From Prorocentrum cordatum (Eukaryota): 64,000 nucleotides of DNA. The position numbers and the translations under genes are program-made. The stretch is taken from the NCBI GenBank assembly GCA_963575745.1, contig CAUYUJ010000159.1:372001-436000 (forward strand), written 5' to 3'. This document shows positions 48,220-61,899 of this stretch, piece by piece (position 1 is the first letter of the stretch; every line of letters starts with the position of its first letter). The notes beneath the pieces were generated by a model. The model had not been told where the DNA came from and did no database searches. It saw only the letters and a program-made list of their open reading frames with translations.

Positions 48220-48440
48220 ATCTCATTATCGATCGGTTTCACCATCGATCTCACTACCCACTACCCACCTCTCTCTATTGATCTCACAATCGAACCCACT
48301 ATAGATCGCACGAGCGATCGATCTCACGATCAACCTCACTGAATCGACTTCACGATTGGCCTCACGATCGACCTTACTATCGTCCTCACCATCGATCGCA
48401 CTCTCGGTCTCATTATCGATCTCACAATCGATCTCAACAT
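48220..48440. repeat. ATCGATCTCAC minisatellite
   Basis: About 12-bp degenerate units. Confidence 0.8.
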
Positions 48441-48801
48441 CCATATCATGAGTTCCCAAACCATCCACTGATTCGGGTGCTTCTCCGGTGTGACTTTTAG
48501 TTCGCAGGGTGATCCAGGATGCGTCTCGATGGTCCGGATGTTCTGGCGCTGGCCTCGCCGAGAACAGATGCACACGTCCGAGCGACGCCAAGCGATGGCC
48601 TGCGGGGTAACCCAAAGCCCCTCCTGTCTTCAAACAAATCGCGACGGACTATTTTCCGCCTCCTTGGGCCCTTTCGTCGTCATCGTCTCCTCCTCCTCCT
48701 CCTCCTCCTCCTCCTCATTCTCCTCCTCATTCTCCTCCCCCTCCTCTCTGACCCCTTCGCCCATCGTCTCCCCCTGGCGACACTGGCTCTGGCCAGTGCA
48801 G

Positions 48802-48849
48802 GGCGGGGAACTGTTTGACCGCGTGACCGAGCGGAAGATATTCAGCGAG
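48802..48849 (+). CDS. Internal 48-nt exon of a CAMK/CDPK-type Ser/Thr kinase (subdomain V)
   Basis: Encodes GGELFDRVTERKIFSE, bounded by CAG|G and GAG|GT, phase 0-0. Confidence 0.75.
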
Positions 48850-49364
48850 GTCGCTGGCCCCGGAGCCGTCAAAAATCCACTCAGGGCCAAGAGGAATGGG
48901 CAGAGATCTCTGGAGGTCCACGTTGTGAAAAATCATGACGTCGGGGGCCCAGGTACCCGGGTCACCCAACTTTGCACATCGAGCCCCACGATGCGAGGTT
49001 ATCTTCGAGTCCTCGCGAGGCCACCTTGGACAAGGGTGCCTCTCCGACCCAAGCCGCGATGCGCGAGAGCGATCATCTTCGCGCCACTTGCACTAGACGG
49101 GGACTGTGGCCGATGCAGGAAAAGTGGCGCTCTCCTGCCACTTTCCCGCACCATCCCGCGCGGAAGTGGCGCTCTGATGCCACTCTACTGCACCCGTTGC
49201 TGACGAACGAACATCACACACCCATGCCCATAGGAGGTCGGAGGGAGAAGGACTGGCTATGGATATGGGCGCGGGTTGTCGGACCCCTGTGGGGGCTCCC
49301 GCTCGAGCGGGGACCCCCATCCGACAACACGCACCCATGGCACCCTCCGTTCACCCGATGGGCA

Positions 49365-50436
<1,072 letters not shown>

Positions 50437-53400
50437 GAGTGTTGTGCGTTCGCCAGCTGCTGGGTACGCGTCTCGGCGGCGCCGAGTGCGCTCCGCCCTC
50501 GGCTGAAGCTGAACGGGGCGCGGGCAACAGAACGCGGGGGGGAGAGGGGCAGCCGGGGGGCGCAGGAAAGAGCCCCCACTATATTGGGGGCCCCGAGGGC
50601 TTCTGGACTGCCCCGCAGCCCGCAGAAGGTGCTGCTGGGGGCTGTCGGAGAATCCGCCTTCAAGCAACGGCTACACGTGAGTGGCCCTAGGCTCAGATCG
50701 GGCATGTCCTCCCACCGGCGGATTTTGGGCAAATAATTCAAAAATAGTAAGCAAATGCTCAGAAATAGCCAAATCAATAGTCGAAACATCATCCCCAGAC
50801 CATGTTTTTAGTATTTTTGGATATTCCTCCTGTAGAGGGACATGCCCGACTTAACCCTAGGCAGGAGTGTCGCTTGGCGCAATGGGCCGCGGAGGGGGGC
50901 ACACCGAAGCGCACAGGCCGCTGCTGCCGCATCGCACTCAGCGGCCGGGGGACCCCGTGGGCCCGCACCAAAGGTCGCTCTGGCGACGGGCCGCTCCGAA
51001 GTGCAGGCGAAAGGAGGAGACAAGAGGATGAGGATGAGGAGGAGGAGAAGAGGAGGAGGGGGAGGAGGACGAGGAGGAGGAGGAGGAGGAGGAGAAAGAG
51101 AAGGAGGAGGAAAAGGAGGAGGAGGAGGAGGAGGAGGAGGAGGACGGTGCCTGGGCGGACCGCAGGCGTCCCCCCGGGAAGGGCCCGCATGCGCGCCGCT
51201 GGGGTGGGCGGGCGCGGACACCTGCGGCAGCGGCCGGCGGGGGCGCCTGCGGGGGCGGCAGCGTCGGAACAGCTCGCCGCTCGCGGTCCTGAGGTTTGGC
51301 GGCGAGCGCCGGGGGGGAAGCGAGAGGGGGCGGGCCTTCGCAGAAGGCTCGGAAGCACGAAGTTTTCTGAGCCTTCCCCGAAGACACAGAAGACTTCTCA
51401 GAAGGCGCGAGGGCTTCTGAGAAGCCCCGCCGCCTTCTGAGAAGGCCTTCTCCTTCTCATTTCCCCCCCCCGCCCTCCGCCAAAAGGTGACGGGCCTTGG
51501 CCACCCCGCCTTTTCGCGCCCGGGCGCAACGCGAGGCGCGGTTCAGTCATCTTCACCAGGTCGGAGCTGGGCCCCAGGCCACACCACTGCGGATTGGTGT
51601 GTGTGTGTGTGCGTGTGCGTGTGCGTGTGCGTGTGCGTGTGCGAGTGCGAGTGCATGTGCGTGTGAGTGTGCGTGTGCGTGTGCGTGTGCGTGTGCGTGT
51701 GCGTGTGCGTGTGCGTGTGCGTGTGCGTGTGCGTGTGCGTGTGCGTGTGCGGTTGCGTGTGCGTGTGCGTGTGCGCGTGTGCGCGTGTGCGCGTGTGCGC
51801 GTGTGCGCGTGTGCGCGTGTGCGCGTGCGCGTGCGCGCGCGCGCGCGCGTGTGGGTGTGGGTGTGTGTGTGTGTGTGTGAATTGTTGTGTTGTATGTGTG
51901 TGTGTGTGTGCGTGTGTCGCGCAGGCCCCACGCCTGTCGGAGCATTAAAGGCTCCCTCGATCCAGGCGGGTCTGCTCTGCTGCGGCAGCGACGTGGGCGC
52001 CGACGCCCCACTGCCTCGGGCCTTGCCCCTCTGGGGTCGGGCCTCGATGCGGCACGCTTTGCCCCTGCGGCTGCTACGAGATCCGCTCGGACGGGCACGG
52101 TCCCAACCGGCCAGTGCGAGCCGTGCTCGCTTTCGCGTTCACTGCTATTGGCCCAGGGCGCCCGCTGCTGCGCCTCTTGGCCTCCGCAACGCACCCTTCC
52201 GGCTGGGCTGCGGGCATTTTTGTGTACGACCTCCTGCTCTTTTTCACCGTGCTGACTGCTCTTCCAGCCCTTCATCTGCATGGCCTTCGTGGCGTTTTCT
52301 ACGAGCATGGGCGGCCTCGCACTTTGTTTCGGCATGCGTCTGCCTGCATCCAGACCGCCTATCTGCTAATCCATGTCGAATTCGCCTAAGAGTGTCCTGG
52401 CTTAGCGCTCGCGACGGTGCCGCCACCTCCCCGTTGGAAAAAGACACGTGTACCGCGCACTCAAAATGTTCCTGAACATGTCTTGAGTGTAACCACCATG
52501 ACCCGGGTAGGATAAAAGAGCGCCGGTTTTCCAGACTGGGCCTCAACTGCAGTCGACCTGCTGAGAGAATGTCCTGCCCCACCTGGCCCGAACGAGTAAG
52601 GGTTCCGGCGAAGGGTTGGGAATGGCGCAGAGGAGCCTCCAGAACTCGTGCGCTCGGCCCGAACTTGCCCGGAAAAAGCCTCCGCCTCCTCCTCCTCCTC
52701 TCCTGCTCCCACTCTGGCTCTTGCGACCAAATCCGGTCAGGGAGGAGAACAGGAGCGCGAGGCGCTCCGAGAGTACCAAAGCAAAGTACACCCATACCCT
52801 GGAACCGACAGAGCGGGGCAGATGTGCCGAGGATGCCCGAGGCTGGGGGTTGGGGGCAGAGGGGAAACAAGGAGGGCGGTCAGAGGAGGGCTACGGAAGA
52901 AGAGGGGGGAGGGGGAGGGGGAGAGAAAAATAAGAGGAAGGCAGGCAGGAGAGGTGGAGCATGTTAAAGACGGCGAGACGATGGGGCACAGTCGGGCTGC
53001 TGACATCAGGAACGCCAGATAAGGAACGAAGCCCCTTTTATGGCACCAAACGAACCTGGGTGCACGAGGCGGGCTATAAGAACAACCACGGAATGACCTG
53101 AGGAACGGCGAGCCCCTTCCGAACCCAAACCGGTCCTTGTTTCAGCGTCTTGGCTGTAGACAGGAGGAAAAGGAGGAGGAAGGAGGAATGAAGGAAGATA
53201 GGGCGGAATCCCTCCGCTCCTCAGTCTCTGGCTTCTCCACCTCCTCCCACTCCATGTCTTCAGATTCCTATGCCTCGTCCTCCATCTCCCCCCTCCTCGT
53301 GCTCCTTCCTCCCCCTCCTGCTCCGTCCTCGACCTGAAACTACTTCTATCCTCCTCCCTGCTGCTCACTCACGCTCTTTTCCTCCTCCCTGCTGCTCCCT

Positions 53401-56400
53401 CCTCCCCCTGCTGCTCCCTCACGCTCCTCCCCTCCTCTTCTTCCTCCTCCTCCTCCTCCTCTTCCTCCTCCTCCTCCTCCTCGGCCACGGGCCGATTTTG
53501 CTGGCACTGGGCCCGAAAACGGGGAGATGGATGGAGGGCGTGGGCGGGAGGCAAGCTGGGTGCGCTCCGGCCATGCCTGATATCCTACCCCTCTATCCGC
53601 TAACGCGTGTCGCGTGTCATAGCGGAACTGGAAGTCCAAACATATTGTGCGCAGGACGATGAGCAGGAAGAAAAGGAGGACGAGGAATGCGGAACACGAG
53701 GACGAGCAATAGCTGCAGCTGGAGCGGAAGGAGCGGGAGGAGCAAGAGGACCAGGAGAGGGCGGAGAAAGGAGGAGGGCGACAGCAAGAAGGAAGGGTTC
53801 GGATCCTGAAAAGTGGACCGCGCGGAGGGGAGATTGCCATCCGAATCACGGGGGCAAGGCGCCGATCCGAAAATGCGGCCCACGCTGAAGCTGCAACACG
53901 ATTTTGAAGGACCGAGAAAGAGCGAGGGATAACATACCACCATCGATCGGGCGGCCATTCCCTGTGCCATTCTTCGGGTTCGTACGCGTATCTCTTTGCA
54001 GGGTGAACACACGTGCTCCTCACTGGTCCTTGTCGATACAAAACGCACGCGCCCGAGCGATGCCACGACATCTGGTGTGTGAAGAAACGTTTGGCGTCGG
54101 CGGCTCGGCGGAGTAACCGCGCTGGCGGAAGAGCAATCAAACTGAAAATTATCGTTGAAGCGAATTGTGCCACCATGCAGAGTGTGTGAACAAAAACAGG
54201 CGCGGACGGGCGGCTCCCCCGCCGTCTTCGGGGGGGGGGGCGGGGGGAGGGGCGCAGTAGTTACGCGCTCGTGCGAAGCCATCGTGAGGAGGCGGCGCGC
54301 CTCGTGCCATCGCTCGGACGTCCACACTCCCCGTGCACTCTTTCGTGGTGTCGTGCGTGCCTCTAGCTGCTAAAAAGTGGTCCTGGGTGCTCCCCGACGG
54401 TGCCCGCCGAGTGAGAACGCACACGTCCGAGCGATGCCAAGACAAGGGGGGGGGGGGGGGAAAGGCGGGAGGGGCACGCACGGGCAGCTGGATCGGGGAG
54501 CAAGACGGGGGGCGGCGGCGGGCAACGCGCGAGCGCTCGCGGGCGCCCACGCTCCTGCTTTTCTGCGGTGGCGGCGGGGGCAGGCCGGCTGCAGGCCGTG
54601 CGCGAAAGCGCGCGCCGTGCGCCCCGCGACGGGCGCGGCGGAGGAGGAGGGAGGAGGAGGAGGAGAGGAGGAGGAGGAGGGAGGAGGAGGAGGGAGGAGG
54701 AGGAGGGGAGGAGGAGGGCATGGAGAGGAGATGAGGAGGGGGAGGAGGAGGAGGAGGAGGAGGAGGAGGAGGAGGAGGAGGAGCGGGGGGAGTCCACGGG
54801 CGCTGGGGCGAGGAGCGGGGGGAAGGGGGGAGGGATCTGCGGCGCATCCGGGCGCCGCGTGCGGGGGGAAGGGGTGACTGGGGCATCCGGGGCGGGGAGC
54901 GGGCGAGGGGGAGGGGGAAGGGGCGGGGGGGCGGAGGGGAGGAGGGGGGAGGACGAGGAGGGAGGAAGGGAGAGAGGGGCAATAGGAGGGAGTGCGGGTG
55001 GAGCAAGGTGGATGGGGGGATGATGGGCGGCGGAGAGGGGAGGATGAACGGAAAGCGCGACAGAGATGGGGCATGGAAGGCGGAAAGGGGAATGGGGAAG
55101 GGGGGGAAAGGTGGGTGGGGGGAGGGGAGGACCGAGGGCGGATGGTGGAGGATGTTGGAAGGTGGAGGTGGGGAGGGACAAGGGTGGATGAGGGGGGGGC
55201 AGAGCAGGAGGCAGGGGGGGTGGCCTGATGTGGGAGCGAACATGAGGGGGGAGGAGGGGCGAGGGAGGAGGGGGAAGGGCGGAAGAATCGGGAGAAGCAT
55301 GGACAGCGGAGGTGTGGGAAGCGGGGCTAAAGGAGGAGGAGGAGGAGGAAGACGAGGAGACGAAGGAACAGCATGATGAGGATGACAGTGGAGGAGACAG
55401 GAGGCGGAGGATGTAGGTAATGGGGGAGGGAGGAGTATGCAAGGAAGGGGGTACCAATGCTGACGGAGAAGAGAACTGGGTGGAAGATGATCACATATGG
55501 AATACGTCATGAGAGGTAGTAGACAAGACAAAAAAGATTTTTTCGAGGATGGAAGGATGAGAGATGAGAGGGGACGAAATGTATCCTGTACCGACTGAAC
55601 TCAGAAGCGTGCTTATGGTGTTCTAGGGAATTCTACGCGATGGGAAGAATGTGGTGAGAGGGGGATGATGAAGAATCTCAGCGACCGGGTTGTACAATAA
55701 TTGCTGTTTCCGGTGGCGCAGAGACCATGTGAACGCGCCCACAATGTGACGAGAGAAAGGAACACGGTAGTGGAAATATGGAAGTTGGGGGAGTGGGTGG
55801 GGTGAGAAAAAGAACACGCATCAGTAAGCCCGATTACAAACCAGAAAAAGGTGCGTGGTGATTTCTGGAAGGAATTCGTATACTCTACAGGGATCTGGAG
55901 GCGGGGGACGGGGAGTTGGAGCAGAGGGTCTCTTTCCCCAACCCCCATGCAGCACTCGGACCGAGGACAACCTATGATCCTTAAAGAACACGAGCCCTCC
56001 GCCAGCCATAATGAAGGGCATTCGAGAGTACCCACCCCATTAGATGTACAGGAACATCCAACAAACACGAAGAGCATCAGTAGGGTACTCTCTGAGCCGA
56101 CCTCGATCTTAGACCTGGGTCCGACTGTGTTCGTCATCGTCCATATATGTCCTGCTCGTCCTCGCCCCCGTCATCGTCGCGATGAGAAGGCTCAGGAGGA
56201 GGGCGGGGAGGAGGAGGAGGTGGTGGAAGGAGGAGGAAGAGGGAGGAGGGCGGGGGAGGGCAACCAAGAGAAACAGAGGAAGAACGCGTGGAGGCGAAGG
56301 AGGATGGCAGAAGAACTGGGGGCGGCAGGATTCGGAAGCGGGATGTTGAGTGGATTCGCATCTCAAGGGGTCAGGGCCGTGCGTCGTTTTGGCACCACGA

Positions 56401-56957
56401 CCAGTGATGCAATAAAACCAGTTAACGCATACACTTTGCAAGGCGGGCTGAAACCACGAATGTCAACATCGAGCGCGAGAGGTGCCCGCGATTTACGTGC
56501 TGATCGTGCCGAGGCGTGCCCCGAAACTGTCCGAGGGAGACAGTTACAGGGGATGTGCATGTGGAAAGCAGAAGCAGGCGGCGCTGGAGGACGAGGACAC
56601 AGACGAGGCGGAGGTGGAGGAGGCGAAGTCAAGACCTCCGCCGCGAAGGCCTCAAACGACGAGTTCTGAGGGCTCCGTTGTGGGGGTGGCTAGAGAGGTT
56701 GCGGAGGTAGAGATTGCGAGCGGGACGAACGTGTAGCGTCACATATTTGTGGCCCGCACTCCCAATGCACGCTGATCAACTGGGACGAGCTCGCTGCTCC
56801 TAGCTCCGTATACTCCTCCTCCTGCTGCTCCTCCTGCCCCTCCCCTCTCCTCCTCCTCCTCCTCCTCCTCCTCATCCGCCTCCTCCTCCTCCTCCTCCTC
56901 CTCCTCCTCCTCCTCCTGCTCCTCCTCCTGCTCCTCCTCCTGCTCCTCCTCCTCCTC

Positions 56958-56988
<31 letters not shown>

Positions 56989-58814
56989 TCATCCCCTCCC
57001 TCGGAGCGTAGGAGGAGGAAAGCGGGGCGGAGGCATTCGAGATGGAGTCGAGACGGGGACACGAACGAGATGGAAGGACGAGCTGGTTGTCTGCGGGGCA
57101 TCACTACGTAGCAGTGGGAATGAGAAGGTGCATCGACAGAAGGGTGCTTGCGAGCAAGTCCGAGCGTGGAGCACACGGCAAAAAACAAGCGCCCTCACCC
57201 ACATCTTGCGCGAGGGCCTGCGCGAGCACCGACCCAAGCGGGCCAGCGCCTTGACGGCCACAAGGTGGAGACCGTTACATGCGCCACATTCAAACACTGC
57301 GAGGCACTGTGCTCTTCAAATACTCTGCAGGGAAAGACGCAAAACTGCCTTCCACAGCGCGTGCCCAATTCCAACTTGCAGTATCCCTCCCGTCCTCCTC
57401 GTCCTGGCCCGCCCACGTGTGCCCCCCCCCCCCCCCCTTCCGGCTCCTCACGCTCGACGTCGTCGTCGCCGTCCTCCGTCTCCTGCACGTCATCAAACTC
57501 CTCATCTCATCCTCCTCATCCTCTTCACCATCTCTCAACTTACCCAATTCGTCATCCAATTTATCCTCGTCCCCCTCATCATCCATATCACTCCCGAGCT
57601 CCACTTGTCCGTCTTCTCCTCGTCACACGCCGCGTCCTCCTCCACCCACGCTCTTTTCCTTCCCAATGCCCTCGCCCTCCCATATTCCACCATCCGCCGC
57701 GCCGTCCTCCTCGTCCTCATCCTCCAGCAACAAACGCCAACAATAATGCTCAGACTGTTCGCTCTTCACCGTTGGAGTGCCACTTTTTCAACGCGCATAC
57801 ATACCCAAGCCCATCCTCCCGCCCTCCTCGTTTCAGGAACGTACCCGCCAGGGGGGATTACTGTTTAATGCCCACCATAATAAATTCGGGCGCGAATTAA
57901 TTACTGGGGGGGGCGAAGAAGGAGGCGGGGAGAAAGGCGCCCTTTTCGGGCCCTGAAGGGCACTCAAGGGCCCCTTCAGGGGCCCTAAGGACCCCCTCCG
58001 CCCCTCCCCCGTGCCTCGGGGATGGCCAGAGGTGTCCCCGGCCCAGGGTGCCCCTGGCTGCTCTCTCCAGCTCGGAGCCCTGAGGCCCCTGCAGCCTCGC
58101 GAGGCATGCCCTGGAGGCCGCGGGGGCCAGCCTGAAGACGAAGCCAGAGGGAAACATCGGGCGAGAATAAATCGAGAATCTCTGAGATCCTGCGGCTCTG
58201 AAGGATGTCTCCGGCGCCGCGGCCTTCTCGGAGCGTGCCGGAGAGCTCTGAGAGCGTTCCAGAACGCCCTGGAACGAATTTATGCTCGTCCTAGCCCCGT
58301 CCGACTGGCCCTGATGTCCACGCCCCCCTGCAGTGCGACCATATCATAAGGATACGGGATACGGATGCAAGGCCGCTGGGCGCCCAACCTGAAGCCAGAA
58401 TTGAAGACCATTGCCCTTCGAATTAAGGTCTCGTCACTTCAGAAGAATGCAACCACTGAGCGCAAGGCATGGACAATCACGGTCTAACTTCGCATCGAGG
58501 AGGAGAGGAGAACTTTCACCGTAAGCCTCGTCTCAGAAGAATGCAGCCACTGAGCGCATGGCATGGACGGTCGCCCAATCTCGCATCGAAAAGTAAATTG
58601 AGGGCCGGGACTGGCCGAGAGGCAGGGACGCAGGGGTACGTACCCCTGGGAAGTGGGTCCTCCTTGTGGTGAGGACTGGCTCCAGCCCTCGCCCCCCTCT
58701 TGGACGCCCCGACGGGACGGAAAGGATCTGGGGCGCCCTCGGCGGGCGCCCTGAAGCGCTTAAAAACAGGACGAGCAAGAGGCTCCTGCCGAGGGCGTGG
58801 TGAGAGGGGAACCG

Positions 58815-59510
58815 AGAGCGAGAGAGAGAGAGAGAAAGGGACAAAGAGGGAGAGAGAGGAAGAGAGAGAGCGAGCGAGAGAGAGAGAGAGAGAGAGCGTG
58901 AGATGATGCGGATGATAAAGACGACGATGATGATGCTGATGATGTTGCTGATGCTACGACATATGACTATGACAAACGAGGTGACACTGGTAATGTTGAT
59001 GATGTTCACACTGATGATGCTGCATGTGATGACGATGATGATGAGTATGATGATGATGATGATGAAGCTGATGATGATGATGATGATGATGGAGACAATA
59101 CTTGAGATACTGATGGTGCTGATGACGATGCTGTTGATGGTACTGGTACTGTTACTGATCACGATGATGCGACTGGTGATGATGAGTATTGCGCTGATGG
59201 TGATGAGGATGAATATGATGATAATGATGATGATGACGACGATGATGCTGATGATGATGGCACTTCCGTGGGAAATTGAAGTCCAGGTACCTGGAGGCCA
59301 GAGAGACCAAGCAGCCGCACGAGAGAACGAAACAGACTACGACGCGCCAAGGCAAACAGAGAGAGAGAGAGAGAAATATGGAGAGAAAGAGAGAGAAAGA
59401 GACAGAGAAAGAGAACAAATAGAGAGAGCGAGAGATAACGAGAGAGAGAGAGAGGAGACAACAACAAACCAACAAAGAAAGATGACGAGAAAGAGAAAGA
59501 GAGAGATCAA
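58815..59510. repeat. (GA)n and (GAT)n microsatellites
   Basis: Directly visible. Confidence 0.95.
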
Positions 59511-61899
59511 ACAACGTAACAAGCATAAGCACATATCAAATAGCCGGCCCAGAGGGCCACAGGCGTGCTAAGATCTCTGGTAACAAAATAAACTATGTTC
59601 GAATTCGCGCGCGCGAAGGGCCGCCTTCTGGCGACCTGGGACGAACAGTACTTGGCAAATTCGCGGCAGACTTCTGGCAAATTCCCCCCAAGGACGCCAA
59701 AACTCCCTTAAGGACCCCAAGATGTCCCCAAAATAGTCCTAGAGAGCCCCGAATCGCCAAAAAATCAGCCAACATGGCCTCCACTCGGCCGAAAAAACAT
59801 CCAAAACGTCCCAAGAGGGCACGAAGAGACTTCCCAAGAAGGCCCAGGTCCCGGTGATGGCTCTGGCCCGTCTCGCCCCAGCCCCAGCTCTTGCCCCGGC
59901 CCCAACAGGGCCCAAGAGACTCCAACAACAAAAACCCATAATGAACTTTAGAACGTCAGCGCCGCCGGATCCGCCGCCGTCGTTATCATCGTCGTCTCCC
60001 TTCAGGGTAAGCGGCACTGGCTGGAAGCCCTTCCCAATAGCACTACCCCTTTCCCTGGTCTGGTCGCAAGCAGGGTCGTTGGGCGTCGAGGTTGGTACCC
60101 GAGTTCCGAAACCGCAGGCGGCGATCTGGGCGTGGGCAAAGACTCCCAAAGGACCACGGCGCATCATCGCGCCGACGCTAAGGCGGCGTCCGCCAATGCG
60201 CGGCTTGCCGGGCATGCGTCGCTGAGCCCAATGCTGCGTAGCGGCAAAGTACGAGCGGCTGCAAGCTAGGAGCGCCAAAGACTCCTTGACGAAGAGAAAC
60301 TAAAAGCAAGTTGTATAGCGCGCCCGGTGCGATTGTAGACCCAAGCTGTCTGCCCGCGCAGGAGCGCGCAACATGCGACCAACAATAACCCTCGGTGGGT
60401 GTCACCTCGATGCGGCGGGGGCAGCGCCGAGGCCCCTTCAGCACGGCCACCGCGGTGGTTCGGGCCGAGAGCGGTTGGGTAGAACCCCCCCCCGGGTCGC
60501 ATCCCCGCTCTACCCCGCTGACCGGCTGTCTCCCAACCACTTCCCCAGCGGTGGTCTCGCTTTCCTGTCCTGGAGGGATTGGCGGTTGGGCGCCGGGGCC
60601 CAAGTGGAATTGGGCCGTTCGGGCCTGGGCCAGCGTGACAAGCGGGGCCATCTGGGAGGACATGGGGCCCTCAGGTCCACGTTGAGACTTCACTGTGGGG
60701 CTGGTCCAAGACAGTTACGGTGGCCCGCGCGGTGCCCAAAGTGCGCCGCAAACGGTGCCCCAAAATGTATTGTGCATATTCATGCGCGGTGTGTTTCGCG
60801 ACTGCCTTCCTGGTTTGCCCGACGCCCTCCTGGCCCCTCCCCCTGTTTGCCCGTGCCTTCCTGGCCCCCATGCTGTTGTTTGCCCGGCGCTCTCGCGCCC
60901 CCCTTCCAATGGCCCCTCGGGATCCACCTTCGCGACGCGGAGGCTTTGCGACGCGGCGCCGTCTCGGCGCGCCGCAGCGCTGTACCGACGCGGGGCCCTC
61001 GCCACCCGGCGCTCAGATGCCCTGGCACGTGCCCGGAATGGCCCCCTTTGCTCCCATAGCGGAGCCCGCGCGGCGCCTGGGGCGAGCGCCTGGGCCCGCT
61101 GGCCGCGCGCCCAGAAATGCCCCCCTCGCAAGAAAACGCGGCGCGCCCCGGGCAAAAAGGTCGGCGCCCAAAATGCGCCCAAAAGGAACGCCCTCGCATC
61201 CAAACCAACTGCGGTCACGACGCAATTCCATAAGCGCCAGGTTGGGCGTCAAATCGGGCGCGGCGTCTTTTCTGGGGCGCCGTGGAACCTGCGCCCCTGG
61301 GCGCCTCCCAGGGGCGGGCCGACGGCGGCCGCGTCGGAAGGGCGCCCGCGACCGCAGACAGGCGCGGGCGCGAGGCCCCGAGCGACCCACGGCGCAGGCA
61401 CCTCGGGCCAACGGCGCAAGCCCGCGGGAGCAGCGTCGCGGGCCCCCAGGGTCGCAGCGGAGGGCCCTAGAGGCAACGATGCAGTTTGGCGCTGCTGATC
61501 CCCGATGCCACAGCTTCGCTCGGGGCCCGAAGCACGAGGGCGCGCGCCGCGGCTCGGCTCGGCCTCTGGGCGGCGTTGGCGGGGCGGCGGGGACTTCGTA
61601 TTTTGCGCGTTTCTCCGCCGCGTCGCAATCCTCATCGTCGCGCGGGGCCAGCGGCGCCTCTGCTGGGCCAGCTTCCCCCGTTCTTGGTGCCGGGGGCTGC
61701 CTGTCTGCGCTGCTATAGCGCCGGCGTGTCCTCTTGCGCTGTCTCTCGCCTGGCGGCGGGGCGCTCGGGGGGGCCGCCGCTTCTCCGCAGTTCGGCGGCG
61801 GCGTCGGCGGGGCTGGCAGACGCGGCCCGGCCGCCGGTCTGTCCTGGAGCGACGGCGAGGCGCAGGCGCCTCATCGGGAAAAGACCATGACAGGTCTCG

